The position numbers and the translations under genes were made by a program. A stretch of 63,884 nt of DNA, filler included, from Reclinomonas americana ATCC 50394 (Eukaryota), in NCBI GenBank assembly GCA_048213135.1. It is 12 parts of 12 records of this genome, joined end to end, with 100 filler letters (N's around TTAATTAATTAA, not from the genome) between each part and the next. Parts side by side here need not be neighbours in the genome. Positions count along the whole stretch, not along the records: positions 44,307 to 61,389 come from AFZH01019890.1; positions 61,490 to 62,723 come from AFZH01019893.1; positions 62,824 to 63,884 come from AFZH01019918.1; 9 more parts are not named here. One strand, 5' to 3'. Below are positions 51,498-63,884 of this stretch, one piece after another; positions within the stretch are counted from its first letter, which is position 1, and each line of letters opens with the position of its first letter. The notes under the pieces were generated by a model that ran no database searches, had not been told where the DNA came from, and saw only the letters and a program-made list of their open reading frames with translations.

Positions 51498-54400
51498 ATG
51501 CTGTCCACTGCCAAAGACCGTGACACCTCAGCGGCAGCGGCGCAGTCCTTGCAAGTGGCGGCCACATCGATGTTGCCATCGGAGGACTCTGTTCCTCTGA
51601 GAGCTGATGCGGATGTCGACGACGATGCAGAGATAACGGCGGAGGACGAGGACGAAGAAGAAGAGGAGGAGCACGGGGAAGGAGAGGAGCCATTGTTGCT
51701 GCCGGCGACAACAAGTCAGTACTTGGAAGGCGTTTGTGTCACAGTCGCCGCCTGTGTGTGCGCCTGCTGCACTGCGTTGCACTGGTGGTTCACGGAGCAC
51801 AGTCTCATAAGTTACATGCATTCTTCGCGCTGCTGCCTCATGTCTGTGATGCGCTGACAGTGTTGCATTGTGATGACAGTGCTGTTCTTATTGTTGAGTA
51901 CGCTGGCGGCGTTCACTGTGTGGTTTGTCAAGTTGGCGGGTACGTGGTGGCTTTCACCGCACGCGTGGCGGAAGATGATTTCGATTGCAGGAGGCCTTCG
52001 TGCCGGAATCGAGGTCAGTGGTGTGCGCGCATGGCGAGTTGTCTTCGACCTCACTTCTCATCTGCCTGCAACACTCACAGATAATCCGTGCTCGCCGATG
52101 GACATACATGCTGCTTGGTGTCACTGCAAACATCATTGTGACTGCCTTCGTGCCGGCGATAAGGTGTGTGTTGGTTATCACTGTTGTTGTACTTGGTGCA
52201 CCAGTGAAAAGTTGACTTGTGGGTGCAGCTTGACACTGCTTACCTCGATTATTATGTCGGGCATTGTCACCACCTGGCTGTACCCCTCGCCGTCACTGGT
52301 TTGTGGTCCCTTCTGCTATCCTTACTTCGATGTTATCGTCGCTGACAGCCTTTTGCGTGGTCAGTCGGCATTGAACCTTTTGCTCAATTCTGTAGTCAAC
52401 TGCTACAAGGCGTACTCATTCGGCCTTTCACTGGTCTGTCTGTGTCCACGTTGTGTGTCTCACGCGCGTCAGTCGCGTGCTGATTGGGTGTGCATGCAGG
52501 ATATGTGTTTCTTCGCCACCATCCAGCCACTGCTGCTGGGTCTGCGAGCATATGTTGCGTGTGCTGCGAGAGCACTGCCGTCACTCTTCTCCTCCATGTT
52601 CACTGTGCTGCAGAACTCGTTTGGCGACGTACACACGGCGATTGAGGACTTGCGAGTTGTCAACACTCGCATTCACGACACCAACACGAAACTCGAGTGT
52701 GCCAACACGTTGCTCACGGAGAAGGCCGAGGCACTCACCGAGGCCATTGAAGACAAGGATCTGTTTCTGAGCAAGGTGAGACTGAGCGCCGCGAATTTGC
52801 AGCAGCACATGTGATGCGACAACTCACCCTGTGTTTGCAGTGCTCGCACGAGTTGCGACAGCCATGCTTCGGCATCATGTCGGCACTGGAGAGCTACATG
52901 TCTCTGTCGAAGCACAGCGATCCTGCAATTGCCGAGGCCATCTCGTCGTCACCTGGCATCGAAAAGATTGCACGATACAACGACTCTTGTGTTGCGTGAA
53001 GCGTCTCGTCTTAGGCATCATCCGAGTGTTCTCACTCCTTTGTCAAACCCATGCAGGTGCACGACGGGCTGCAGGCAACGCGGACATTGCTGGCCTTGTT
53101 GAATGGTCTGTGTCTGTGTGTATGATGTTTTCATCGTGCTTCTTGCCACTCACGTTGTGATCGGCGGCAGAGCTGTTGGATCTGATGAAGCAGAAGCGAA
53201 TGACCATCAATGTGAAGCTGGCTCCCGAGTCACTGGTGGAGGTGTTGGCGTCGGGAGTGCGTTGTATGAGGCACATGGCACAGAGGCAAGTCAACTGAAT
53301 GCAGCAGCCTGAGTGATTGCAGCTCACGATGAATGTGACCGTGTGTGCACAGTGCTGCTCTCGGCCTGTCACTGCGAGTTGGTCCGATTCTCATGTACCA
53401 CTACCCGCGTGGTGTGCGGACGTGGATGGATCGACTCCGGATCATTCAATGCCTCAGCAACTTGCTCAGCAATGCCATCAAGGTTTGATGGCAGAAATAT
53501 GGTTGCAGCAGTTCTGATTCTCACTTGTGAGTTGTTAGTTCACCGAAACTGGCTCTGTGGCGGTGACTGTCGTTCTGGCCACTCGCACCAAGGCCGACCC
53601 AGAAGAGCTGGCACGCCGCGGCATCTGGGGAGGTTTCGTTTGTACTCACTTTGATACGAGATTGACACCGGACTGACGTGGTGTCGCTGCGCAGAACCCG
53701 AGTACATGTACTCGCCCATGTACGACATGCAGCAGTTCCTCGTGGCTCCGACACGCTTCGCGTCCGAGGTGCAGGAGCACCCCTCCGAGTACTACGTGCG
53801 CGTGTGTGTGGCCGACACAGGTCAGGGAGTGTCGTTGGATGATGCAGCACACTTGCTGGAGCCATTCTACCAGAGTTCCACCAGTCGAACGCGACATCAG
53901 TTTGCCGGCACGGGTCTTGGTCTGACACTGGTGCGCGACATGTGCCGTACGCTGTGGGATGGCGATCTGTGGTGTGTATTGCGATGAAGGCGACTTGTCT
54001 TTGAGTGCGTCGACATGCTTATCGATGCTCATGGTTGCAGGTTTGAGTCGAAAGTCGGCGTCGGATCACGGTTCTACTTCTCCTTCCCCTACAAGCCTTC
54101 ATCGTCATCGTTTCGTTACTTTATGTTACTTGTGATCATATCCTGTTTGGTTTCTGACGTTGGACATAATGCAGCGACAGCAGCTCCGAGATGCACCATG
54201 ACGCCAGTTTGCAGCAGGCTGAGACGGCGATGCCAACCGAGAATGTGACCCAAGCCAAGCCCGTTCGGGTCCACTCGCCTTTGTCGCAACAGGCCAGTGC
54301 CCTGCCATCGCCGATGAACCAACGTCCCCAGCTGTCGTGTGTGATTGTCGATGACAGTCGCGTGGTGGTCAAGGCGCTCGAGCGGCTGTGTGTGTCGCAT

Positions 54401-55419
54401 CCAGTTGAGTGTGCCGTCTGGTGGTTGCCTGGTGTGACACAGAAGCTAACTGCGACACAGATGCTGGAGGTGCGAGTGGACGAGTCATTCCCGGACGGAC
54501 GCCCGTTCCTCGACTGGCTCCAGCAACGCCTCGACACTTACGGCGCAAAGCGTGAGGAGAAGGGTGAATCAGCGTGTTCTACGATGCTGCCGGACGTGGT
54601 GTTCTTGGATATGCACTTGCAGCGAGTGCACGGGGCGGAGACGATGGAGGCGATCAGCAACATGTGTCGAGCATACAGAGTTCATCGACGACCGCTCACA
54701 GTGTTGATGAGTGGTGACGCCGTGTGTGTTCTCCCACAGTCGCAAGGTGTGGTTTGTGACGTATTTCCTGTTGCTTGTTAACATTCTCGGTGTTGACAGC
54801 CTTCCCACAGAGAGTGAAGACGACGGACCTGCATTTGTGCTGCAAAAGCCGACTCCGAGGGTGAGTCGTCGTTGTGCGGTGGTTGTCTCCGAGTTTGCTG
54901 ACTTGGGTGTTGCAGACGGCCGTGCATCGCTTGCTGACTGCAGTCGCTGTGCGGCGAGGCATTCTTCCACGTACGTACCACTGCACCGAGATTGACTCAC
55001 CGCCGTCGTTGGCCGTGGACAGCAACACCACGGTGGTTCCACCGTGTCCGCCGCCCGCGGCGCCAGTGCGATCGCCGCCAAAGGCCTTCCGTTGGGTTCC
55101 ATCAAACAACACACCTCCGACGACGACACCTCTGCTGCAGCAGCAACAACGTCCTCGACAACGACCAAGATTACTGCGTTCTTCGTCGTCGTTCACATCG
55201 TCGGTGGCCGCAGGCGAAGCCAGCACTTCCGAGTCCGCCGCGGAACACCACGCAGCCACTCGTGCGCATGCTGCCAGAGTTGCCGCCGAGCTGGATCTGC
55301 CGTCGGCGTCTCACCATTCACTGATTACCACTGTTCTTGCGTATGGCGTCTGCGAGTCGTCGTCACACAGCAGTGGCAGTGCAAGTAGCAAGCGGGGGGG
55401 AGAGATAAGCGTGACTTAG
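51498..55419 (+). CDS. Membrane hybrid histidine kinase, copy 2
   Basis: Same exon structure and the same H/N/G1/F/G2/receiver motifs as copy 1; acidic N-terminus; one GC-AG intron (donor at 53286). Confidence 0.92.
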
Positions 55420-55629
55420 TGAACCTGTGTGCTGTATATAGTGTGTAAACTGCGTCCCTTGTTGTTTGAGCACGCGGGAGAGACAAGAGGAATCGATGGA
55501 GGAGGGAAGTATTCGATATCCGTATTGCGCACCCGCGCACACCCAATTTAGGAGACTTCGGAGAGCGGAGAGAACGAGCCCCCCAGACGTGTGCTCTCGC
55601 TGTTTCTCAGCACTGCACATAAGGCGACC

Positions 55630-58600
55630 ATGCTGTCCGCTCGTGCGGATGATGGCCGCGACAACACTGGTGGAGTATCGACGATGTCGGCTGCCGGAGT
55701 GGGCAAATTGAATTTGCCGTCATCGCGTTCGAGGGCTGAAGTGACTGGCGACAATGCAGAGATGACAGAGGAGGAGAAGGAGGAGGAGGAGGAGGACGAC
55801 GACCCGCCGATGGCGCCAGTGACGACCAGTCAGTATTTGGAGAGCGTGTGTGTCACAGTCGCCGCCTGTGCGTGCATCTTCGGCGGCGTGCTGCACTGGT
55901 GGCAGACCGAAGGCTCTGTGACAAGTTGCGTGCACGCACGCACGCACGCACGCGCTTTCTCTCTCTCTCTCTCTGTCTCTGTCTCTTATTCTCTCACCAC
56001 GAACCACGGAATCTAGTGTTGGTGTTGTTGCTGGGACTGCTGGCGGCCGCCACTGTGTCGTTTGTCAAGTTGGCAGGAGCCTCGTGGCTTTCGCCATACG
56101 CATGGCAACGGATGATGACGATTGCGGGTGGTCTTCGTGCCGGAATCGAGGTCTGCACGATGACGAATCACTCACTGACGGTCCTCACACTCACGCAGTG
56201 TGCGTGCAGAGGATCCGCGCGCGACGATGGTCATATGTGTTCCTGGGAGTGGTGGCAAACGCGATCATCGTTCTCTTCGTGCATCGATTGAGGTGTGGCG
56301 ATCACGGCTGTGTCGAGCAGAAAGTGGTTCTCTTTGTGTCAACTCATACCTGCGTCGTGCCCAGCTTCGTTCTTCTCGGCTCGATCCTGTTGTCGGCCAT
56401 CGTCACCACCTGGTTGTATCCCTCGCCGTCACTGGTTTGTGGTCCCTTCTGCTATTTTCATTGTCAGCATCGTTGACAACCCTGCGTGGTCAGTCGGCGT
56501 GGAGTCTGTTGCTCAACTCTGCAGTCAACTGCTACAAGGCGTACTCATTCGGCCTTTCACTGGTCTGTCTGCGTCCGTGCTCTGCTTCCGTGCGCGTTGC
56601 GTGCTTATTGAATGGGCATACAGGATATGTGTTTCTTCGCCACCATCCAGCCACTGCTGCTGGGTTTGCGAGCATATGTTGCGTGTGCTGCGAGAGCACT
56701 GCCGTCACTCTTCTCCTCCATGTTCACTGTGCTGCAGAACTCGTTTGGCGACGTGCACACGGCGATTGAGGACTTGCGAGTTGTCAACACTCGCATTCAC
56801 GACACCAACACGAAACTCGAGTGTGCCAACACGTTGCTCACGGAGAAGGCTGAGGCACTCACCGAGGCCATTGAAGACAAGGATCTGTTTCTGAGCAAGG
56901 TGAAACCAACTAACTGAAAGCGTACGTGGTGCATCAACTCACCCTGTGTTTGCAGTGCTCGCACGAGTTGCGACAGCCATGCTTCGGTATCATGTCGGCA
57001 CTGGAGAGCTACATGTCTCTGTCGAAGCACAACGATCCTGCAATTGCCGAGGCCATCTCGTCGTCACCCAGCATCGAAAAGATTGCACGATACAACGACT
57101 CTTGTGTTGCGTGAAGTGTCTTGTCGTCTTCGGCATCATCCGAGTGTTCTCACTCCTTTGTCAAACCCATGCAGGTGCACGACGGACTGCAGGCAACGCG
57201 GACACTGCTGGCTTTGTTGAATGGTCTGTGTCTGTGTGTTCATCGCGCATCTTGCCACTCACGTCGTTGATCGTCGGCAGAGCTGTTGGATTTGATGAAG
57301 CAAAAGCGAATGACCATCAATGTGAAACTGGCTCCCGAGCCACTGGTGGAGGTGTTGTTATCAGGCGTGCAGTGTATGAGGCACATGGCGCAGAGGCAAG
57401 TCAACTGAATGCAGCAGCTTGAGTGATTGCAGCTCACGATGAAAATGACCGTGTGTGCACAGTGCTGGTCTCGGCTTGTCACTGCGAGTTGGTCCGATTA
57501 TCATGTACCATCATCGACGTGGTGTGCGGACGTGGATGGACCGACTCCGAGTCGTTCAGTGCCTCAGCAACCTGCTCAGCAATGCGATCAAGGTTTGCTG
57601 TCCAAATGTGAATATGGTTGCAGCGATTCTGAGACTCACGTGTGAGTTGTAGTTCACCGAAACTGGCTCTGTGGCGGTGACTGTCGTTCTGGCCACTCGC
57701 GCAAAGGCTGATCCAGACGAGTTGACACGGCGTGGCATCTGGGGAGGTAGCGTTTGAGTCCACCTCGTTCTCGAGATTGACGCCAGACTGAAGTGGTGCC
57801 GCTCCGCAGAACCGGAGTACATGTACTCGCCCTTGTATGACATGCAGCAGTTCCTCACGGCACCAACACACTTCGCATCCGAGGTGCAAGAGCACCCCTC
57901 CGAGTACTACGTGCGCGTGTGTGTGGCCGACACAGGCCAGGGAGTGTCGTTGGAGGATGCAACGCACTTGCTGGAGCCATTCTACCAGAGTTCCACCAGT
58001 CGGACGAGACATCAGTTTGCCGGCACGGGCCTCGGTCTGACGCTGGTGCGCGACATGTGCCGTACGCTGTGGGATGGCGATCTGTGGTGCGTATTGCGGT
58101 GGAGGCGACTTGTGTTCGAGTGCGTCGGGATGTTCACCAACGATGGTTGCAGGTTCGAGACTCAAGCTGGCATCGGATCGCGGTTCTACTTTTCCTTCCC
58201 GTTCAGACCGACGTCGTCGCCGTTGCGTTTCTTCTTAGATGTAGTACTTACTGTCTCGTTTATTTTCTTGACAATCGAGAGCAGCGGTGCCGACGTGGCA
58301 GCCACCCCCGAAACACCACAAAATCCCGACACGCAACAGGCCGCCACCGTTGAGACGGCAAAGTCGACGGAGAATGTGACGCCAGCCGAGCCCGTTCAGG
58401 CCCTCCCTCCGTCGCAACAGGCGACCAGCACGCCGCCACCGCCAGTGCGCCAACGACCACAGCTGTCGTGTGTGATTGTCGATGACAGTCGAGTGGTGGT
58501 CAAGGCGCTGGAGCGGCTCTGTGTGTCGCATCCAGTTGAGTGCACCGTGTAGTACGTCTGGTGGTTGCCTGGTGTGACACAGAAGCTGACTGCGACACAG

Positions 58601-59603
58601 ATGCTGGAGGTGCGAGTGGACGAGTCATTTCCGGACGGCGGGCCGTTTCTCGACTGGTTCCAGCAACGCCTCGATGCGTACGGCAAGAAGCGCGAAGAGG
58701 AGGGAGAGACGGCGTGTTCGACAATGCTGCCCGATGTGATCTTCTTGGACATGCACCTGCAGAAAGTGCACGGGGAGGAGACGATGGAGTCGATCAGCAA
58801 CATGTGTCGAGCGTACAGAGTTCATCGGCGACCGCTGACGGTGCTGATGAGTGGTGACGCTGTGTGTGTCGTTCCGCGCTCACTGGGTTCGTCCCTCTCA
58901 CGTGTTTCTTGATGCTTGTTGCAAGTTGTCAGTGTTGACAGCCGTTTCACAGAGAGTGAAGACGACGGACCTGCATTTGTGCTGCAAAAGCCGACTCCGA
59001 GAGTGAGTCGTCGTTGTGCGGTGGTTGATCGCGGGGATTAGTTGACTTGACGCGTGCTGCTTGCTGTAGACGGCCGTGCACCAGGTGCTGACCGCAGTCG
59101 CGGTGCGGCGAGGTATTCTTCCGCAATCGTCACATTCGCTTGCCACCGAGTCGCCGCCCGTGGCGGTCGGAAGCGTGCAATCACAGCGTGTGCCGCGCGC
59201 GGTTCCACTGCGACCGCAGCCGAAAGCGGCGCCACCAATCAAGGCCAAGGCAACCACCACAACCCCATCGAGACAACACCGCCCACGATCAGCGCTGCAT
59301 GCACAATCGCAGTCGCTGCGGATGCGGTCAAGGTCGTCGCGCTCATCTGCATCATCGTCGTCGCTCGCCGGAGATACACGCACTCCCGCTGCGGAGCATT
59401 GGAGTGCCACTCACGTGCAGGCGGCCAGGGTGGCTGCCGAACTGGACCTGCCGACGGTATCGCAACGGACGCTGATGACGACAGTCCTAGCCTGCGGCAT
59501 TGGAGACTCTTCGTCGCACAGCAGCAGCAGCGGCAGCGTCAACAGCGCTCCTCCTCATTCAGTGCACACGGGACACGAAAGAGGAGAGATGAATATTGCG
59601 TGA
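55630..59603 (+). CDS. Membrane hybrid histidine kinase, copy 3
   Basis: Same architecture and motifs; GC-AG intron (donor at 57396). Confidence 0.92.
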
Positions 59604-59860
59604 AGCCGGCGCCGGTGTCGTCGGTGTGACTGCAAATGTATGGCGGTGGCTGTGTTCTTGAATGTTGCGCTCCTCTTCTTTTGTGTGGGTGTGCGCGCCC
59701 GCGAGGTGCAAGTGCGCAAGAAAACGATTCGCCACGACGACGAAGCCAGCTGCAGCGACGAATTTGGAAAATTCAATTGCTCACTGTGTGTTGTTTTACG
59801 CACGGCACGAGTGAGCGCGTAAGGGACTGTGTGCTGGCATTCACAGTGTGTGTGTCAACA

Positions 59861-61389
59861 ATGTCGGCAGCGAGCGGTGACGACGGTGGCGCAGCACCAA
59901 CACAACCTCTGCCCTCCCCTCCCTCTCCACCAGCTCGCTCCTCCTCCGCCTCCTCTCTCTCCTCCAGAGAGGAGCGCAGAGCGCGAGGCGCGGTAGAGGA
60001 GGAGAGGATAGTGGTGGAGGAGAAGATGGAGAAGGAGGAGGAAACGACTGTGAACACCAGTCAGTACATGGAGGGCATCTGTCTCACCATTGTCTCGTTC
60101 TTCTGCGCGCTCGGCAGTCCACTGCACTGGTGGCTTGTGGAGGGCAACCTCGCCAGTTCCGTACGCGAGCACAGCGCCAGTGTGCGTATTCCTCACTTCC
60201 TCTCTCTCACACATGCGCACACACGCGCACGCACGCACACAGTGTTCCTGTTCCTCATGGGCGCTCTGGTGGTCATCACTGTGTGCTTTGTCAAGCTCGC
60301 GGGTGCCTCGTGGATGTCACCACGCGGGTGGTATCAGATGATATCAATTGCCGTCGGTCTGCGCGCCGGACTTGAGGTCTGTGCGCTCGTGAGATCTCTG
60401 CTCGCTCACTCACTCATTTGTGTACCGCACACCACAGACAATTCGCGCACGCAGATGGATGTATGTGGCGATGGGATTGGTGGTGAACGGCACAGTCATT
60501 GTATTGGTGCCAAGATTGAGGTGGCGTCTTTTTTTCATTGATTCCTTCCTCTTCTGCTCGACTGTGACGTGGAGACTCACCGTGAGTCTGATTGGCGCAG
60601 CTTGGTGCTGCTCTCATCGGTACTGCTGTCTGGTATCATCACCACGTGGCTGTATCCGACGCCAACGCTGGTGTGCACCATTTGTATTCTGCTCAACAAG
60701 ATGTCGATTGTGGCTGATCGTGCGTGTTCTCTGTACGCAGACGGCGTGGAACATGCTGCTCAATGCAGCGGTGAACTGTTACAAGGCGTACTCTTTTGGC
60801 CTGCCGCTGGTCTGTCTGCGTCGCAGGCTCCGAGCGTGCAGCCGGTCGCGCAGCTCACCAATCCTTTTTGCAGGACATGTGTTTTTTTGCCACCGTGCTG
60901 CCACTGTTGCTGGGTCTGAGGGCATTCGTTGCGTGTGCAGCGGGAAGGAGCGTCAGCTGTCGAACAACTTTCCGCCCGGGCTCACCACTTGCGCGCGCAG
61001 AACTACTTTGGCGATGTGTATGCCATGATCCAGGACTTGCGCGAGTTTATTCATCGCATCAACGACACCAATACGAAACTCGAGTGCGCCAACACGTTGC
61101 TCACCGAGAAGGCCGAGGCGCTCACCGAGGCCATCGAGGACAAGGATCTGTTCCTCAGCAAGGTGAGACCCGGCGCAGTGAATCAGCAGTGGGTGGATGA
61201 TGTGAGCTCACACGTGCTGGCTGTTGCAGTGCTCTCACGAGCTGCGACAACCCTGTTTCGGTATCCTGTCGGCACTCGAGGCGTACACGCCCCAGACGAC
61301 GTCGACGCCGCACAAGTTGTCCCTCACAGTGCAAAATGAGTCTTGCGTTGCGTGCATGGGCTTGGGGAGAGAGGGGGGGAGGGGCTTCA
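59861..61389 (+). CDS. Membrane histidine kinase, copy 4; truncated by the gap after the H-box exon
   Basis: Homologous TM exons (SQYMEGICLT, VKLAGASWMSP, VNCYKAYSFG), coiled coil and SHELRQPCFGILSALE. Confidence 0.85.
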
Positions 61390-61552
61390 NNNNNNNNNNN
61401 NNNNNNNNNNNNNNNNNNNNNNNNNNNNNNNNNTTAATTAATTAANNNNNNNNNNNNNNNNNNNNNNNNNNNNNNNNNNNNNNNNNNNNGAGACTTGATG
61501 AGTGTGTGTGTGTTCTCGGACGCGAAGCAGCACTGAGTATGTGTTGCCTCAG

Positions 61553-61692
61553 TTGCCAAGGTGCTGGCCGAGCGCTCGGCCAAGATCGGGGCGACGGTGT
61601 CGGTGCGCGAGTTCATTCGGATGGAGCGCGGCGAAGGTCTGGAGAAGAAGACGCAAAACTTTGCCGAGGAGGTGGCGCAGGCTGCCAAGTGA
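61553..61692 (+). CDS. tsf: Translation elongation factor Ts (organellar), last exon
   Basis: AKVLAERSAKIGATVSVREFIRMERGEGLEKKTQNFAEEVAQAAK* matches the EF-Ts C-terminus (F.R.E.GEG.EKK..(D/N)FA.EV). Confidence 0.85.
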
Positions 61693-61776
61693 GCCTGCAA
61701 TGGTGGTAGCACGTCATTCTAGATGGTGAAGGAAGGACACGGGTAATGGAAGGAGGGTACTTTGCGATTCGATGGT

Positions 61777-62723
61777 TCATTTGAGGATGACATTTTGGAA
61801 GAGGTGAATTGTGGCGGTGACAATGTCGTAGCCACAGGCGAACAGGAAGTATCCCATCACTACTGTCCACAGCAGATATGTAAAGTGGCTCATGGCGTAG
61901 GGAATGGGCACTTGGTACTTGGGCTGGCGCGAACGGTATACCATCAGTGCGACAAACACACCTGGGTGGTGGGAGTGAGGAAGACAGTCCCTTGATTGGG
62001 ATATCAACAGATTACGTACCGGCCTCCAGATTCAGTGCCAGTGAGGTGAAGACTTCGAGTACCACGAGGAAACCCTGGTCACGGTGCGTGCGTGTGTTGA
62101 GTCACAGAAACGATAAATTGAGTCGGCGCATGACGCAACTCGCGGATTGAGTGCGGCGATGAGCAGCACCACGCCAAAGCCCGCCACGTACAGTGATACT
62201 TGCAGGCGGGCCTTGGTGGCTGCGAGGAGACCACGAATGGCGGCCCACGTGCCACGCAGGCACGAGCGCAGACAGACACAGCGTCGATCTGCTCGGATAC
62301 ACACCGATGATACGAGATCAGCGACGATTGCATTCCACAAGCAGGCGATCGCGACGCACTCTCCAAATAATCCGACGGCGACGATGACGACCCGCCCATG
62401 TTGCCCTTGGGCAGGAACTTCTTTACGTATCCATCCACTGCGCGCGATGCACGGGATTAGAGAACATGCGAGAATGAGCGAGCACGGAAACAGTGGGTAC
62501 GAACGCATGTGCTTCATGCCGGAGCCGAGAGCCAAGTACGAGATGCTGACGGAGATCACGATAAACACATTGACCAAGGTGGAGACCCAGAGGAACTGCG
62601 GCTGCTGCTGCCGGATGATCTCCGTCACAGGGACGGTGGAGATCTGACCCTTCTCCTTGGCACTGCAACCGGCATCACCATGAGACCGATACAGCACACT
62701 GGGTCGGAATCGACATGTGCCAT
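61777..62723 (-). CDS. Amino-acid permease (Trp/Tyr permease-like APC transporter), 3' part
   Basis: GQISTVPVTEII...LVNVFIVISVSISYLALGSGMKH...GFGVVLLIAALNPR|GFLVVLEVFTSLALNLEAG|VFVALMV plus a terminal TM helix. Confidence 0.7.
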
Positions 62724-62967
62724 NNNNNNNNNNNNNNNNNNNNNNNNNNNNNNNNNNNNNNNNNNNNTTAATTAATTAANNNNNNNNNNNNNNNNNNNNN
62801 NNNNNNNNNNNNNNNNNNNNNNNACCACCAGCAGCACCCTCACCTGTGCGTGCGCGAGGGGAGAGTGAGAGAGAGAGAGAGAGAGAGCGGAGAGAAAGAG
62901 AGGCGAGAGAGTGCGTCATGTCGACCACGTTCACACGCAGCGCCCGCGTGCACGTGCGCGGTGGACT

Positions 62968-63516
62968 CACCAGCGTGAACGCCAATCTCCGAAACGTCGT
63001 GCTCCCAGCCCATGGTGTGCGTGTGTTTGCCTCTCGAGAAAGAAGAAGAAAAAAACCTTGCTTGGTTGGTCCGGCTTCCGATATGTTCGAGAATTCGATC
63101 CCATCCGCTCCAGGAAGGGTAGCAAATCTACCCACTCAAGGAGGTGTATACCACATAGACTCGCAGCTGTTTGCGTTGCAGCGGCTGTTGTCGGTCGCAA
63201 ACGGCATGCATTCGAAAAACGTCGACAAAGTCGGCACCGGCACCGCAGGCGATCCTGGATCGACAAGATCTCACTTGCACGTCCGACACCCGCTGTTGTA
63301 TCGTCGGAATGCACGCGATCCTGGATCGCATGAAACGATTCCGAGTCAGCAACAACTTCGACTTCACGATCACCACGGAACGACGCCTCACCACTCCTCG
63401 CACCGACACATCTCCTGTACTCAGCTGATCACTACTCTCCCACACACAGCACACAGCCAACAACATCTTTCCCACAAGAGAACGAGGACACCGCGCGAAG
63501 TTGTCTCGTCGAGCAT
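62968..63516 (-). CDS. Possible hypothetical multi-exon gene, 5' part
   Basis: Minus-strand coding-like segments (GDREVEVVADSESFHAIQDRVH, DLLPFLERMGSNSRTYRKP) and GT donors. I recognised no homology. Confidence 0.3.
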
Positions 63517-63540
63517 TTCTTTTCTTTTCTCTCGCGCCCA

Positions 63541-63823
63541 ATGGAGCTCGAAGGGCAATCCTTCCGCGCTCCCTTTGAATCCCTCCAGATCCTCTTCCGC
63601 TCTGGCCAACGATCGGCGGAGAGAGAGATTGGCGTGCTCGAAAAGGCAGTTCGCGCCCTCACAAAAAAGAAGGGTGTGAGAGAGAGAGAATAGCAAGTCG
63701 CTGCTTCTCTTTGTCACTGTGACACTCACTGAGACATACACACACGCAGAGGATATCAAGCCTGAAGATGCGGCCAAGTCAATGGAGAAAGTCATTGCTC
63801 GACTGGAGAGTCTGCGCGACAAG
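63541..63823 (+). CDS. MAEA: MAEA/Fyv10/GID9 CTLH-complex subunit, 5' part
   Basis: MELEGQSFRAPFESLQILFRSGQRSAEREIGVLEK...|EDIKPEDAAKSMEKVIARLESLRDK resembles the MAEA N-terminus (LE...L.VP.E.L...FR..Q+..+RE...V+.+L..LK+K). Confidence 0.75.
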
Positions 63824-63833
63824 GTCAGTTGCT

Positions 63834-63884
<51 letters not shown>

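Noticed and set aside
47293..61389. Histidine kinases as bacterial contamination, or as rhodopsin-histidine kinases
   Set aside because: They contain many spliceosomal introns of the host type. The TM region shows about six helices and no DxxxK retinal-binding motif in the last helix.

Overview
This is eukaryotic nuclear DNA from a compact, GC-rich, intron-dense genome. Introns are mostly ~50-150 nt and often carry CTCAC/CTGAC branch-like motifs. The organism is probably a flagellated protist, since it encodes IFT121. The window is a scaffold with eleven artificial 100-nt N-TTAATTAATTAA-N gap spacers. The six-frame ORF track is misleading because most genes are spliced, so I rebuilt gene models by hand. 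Genes in order: IFT121/WDR35 5' end, MPP-beta, LZIC, a large PH-BEACH-WD40 protein, RsfS/Iojap, an amino-acid transporter 3' end, a large unknown gene with SH3-like barrels, two unknown genes, syntaxin-16 5' end, an LRR-coiled coil-kinase-HECT fusion, a triple-CBM20 protein, a coiled-coil protein, ATG9, an intronless RluA-type pseudouridine synthase, four tandem multi-TM hybrid histidine kinases, EF-Ts 3' end, an amino-acid permease and MAEA/GID9 5' end. Three things stand out. (1) A single LRR-kinase-HECT E3 ligase gene. (2) A histidine-kinase array with divergent sensors on a core homogenised in a patchwork. (3) A frequent class of +1-shifted 5' splice sites (GTTGCGT/GTTGAGT/GTTTCGT). All family calls come from motif recognition by eye; no searches were run.
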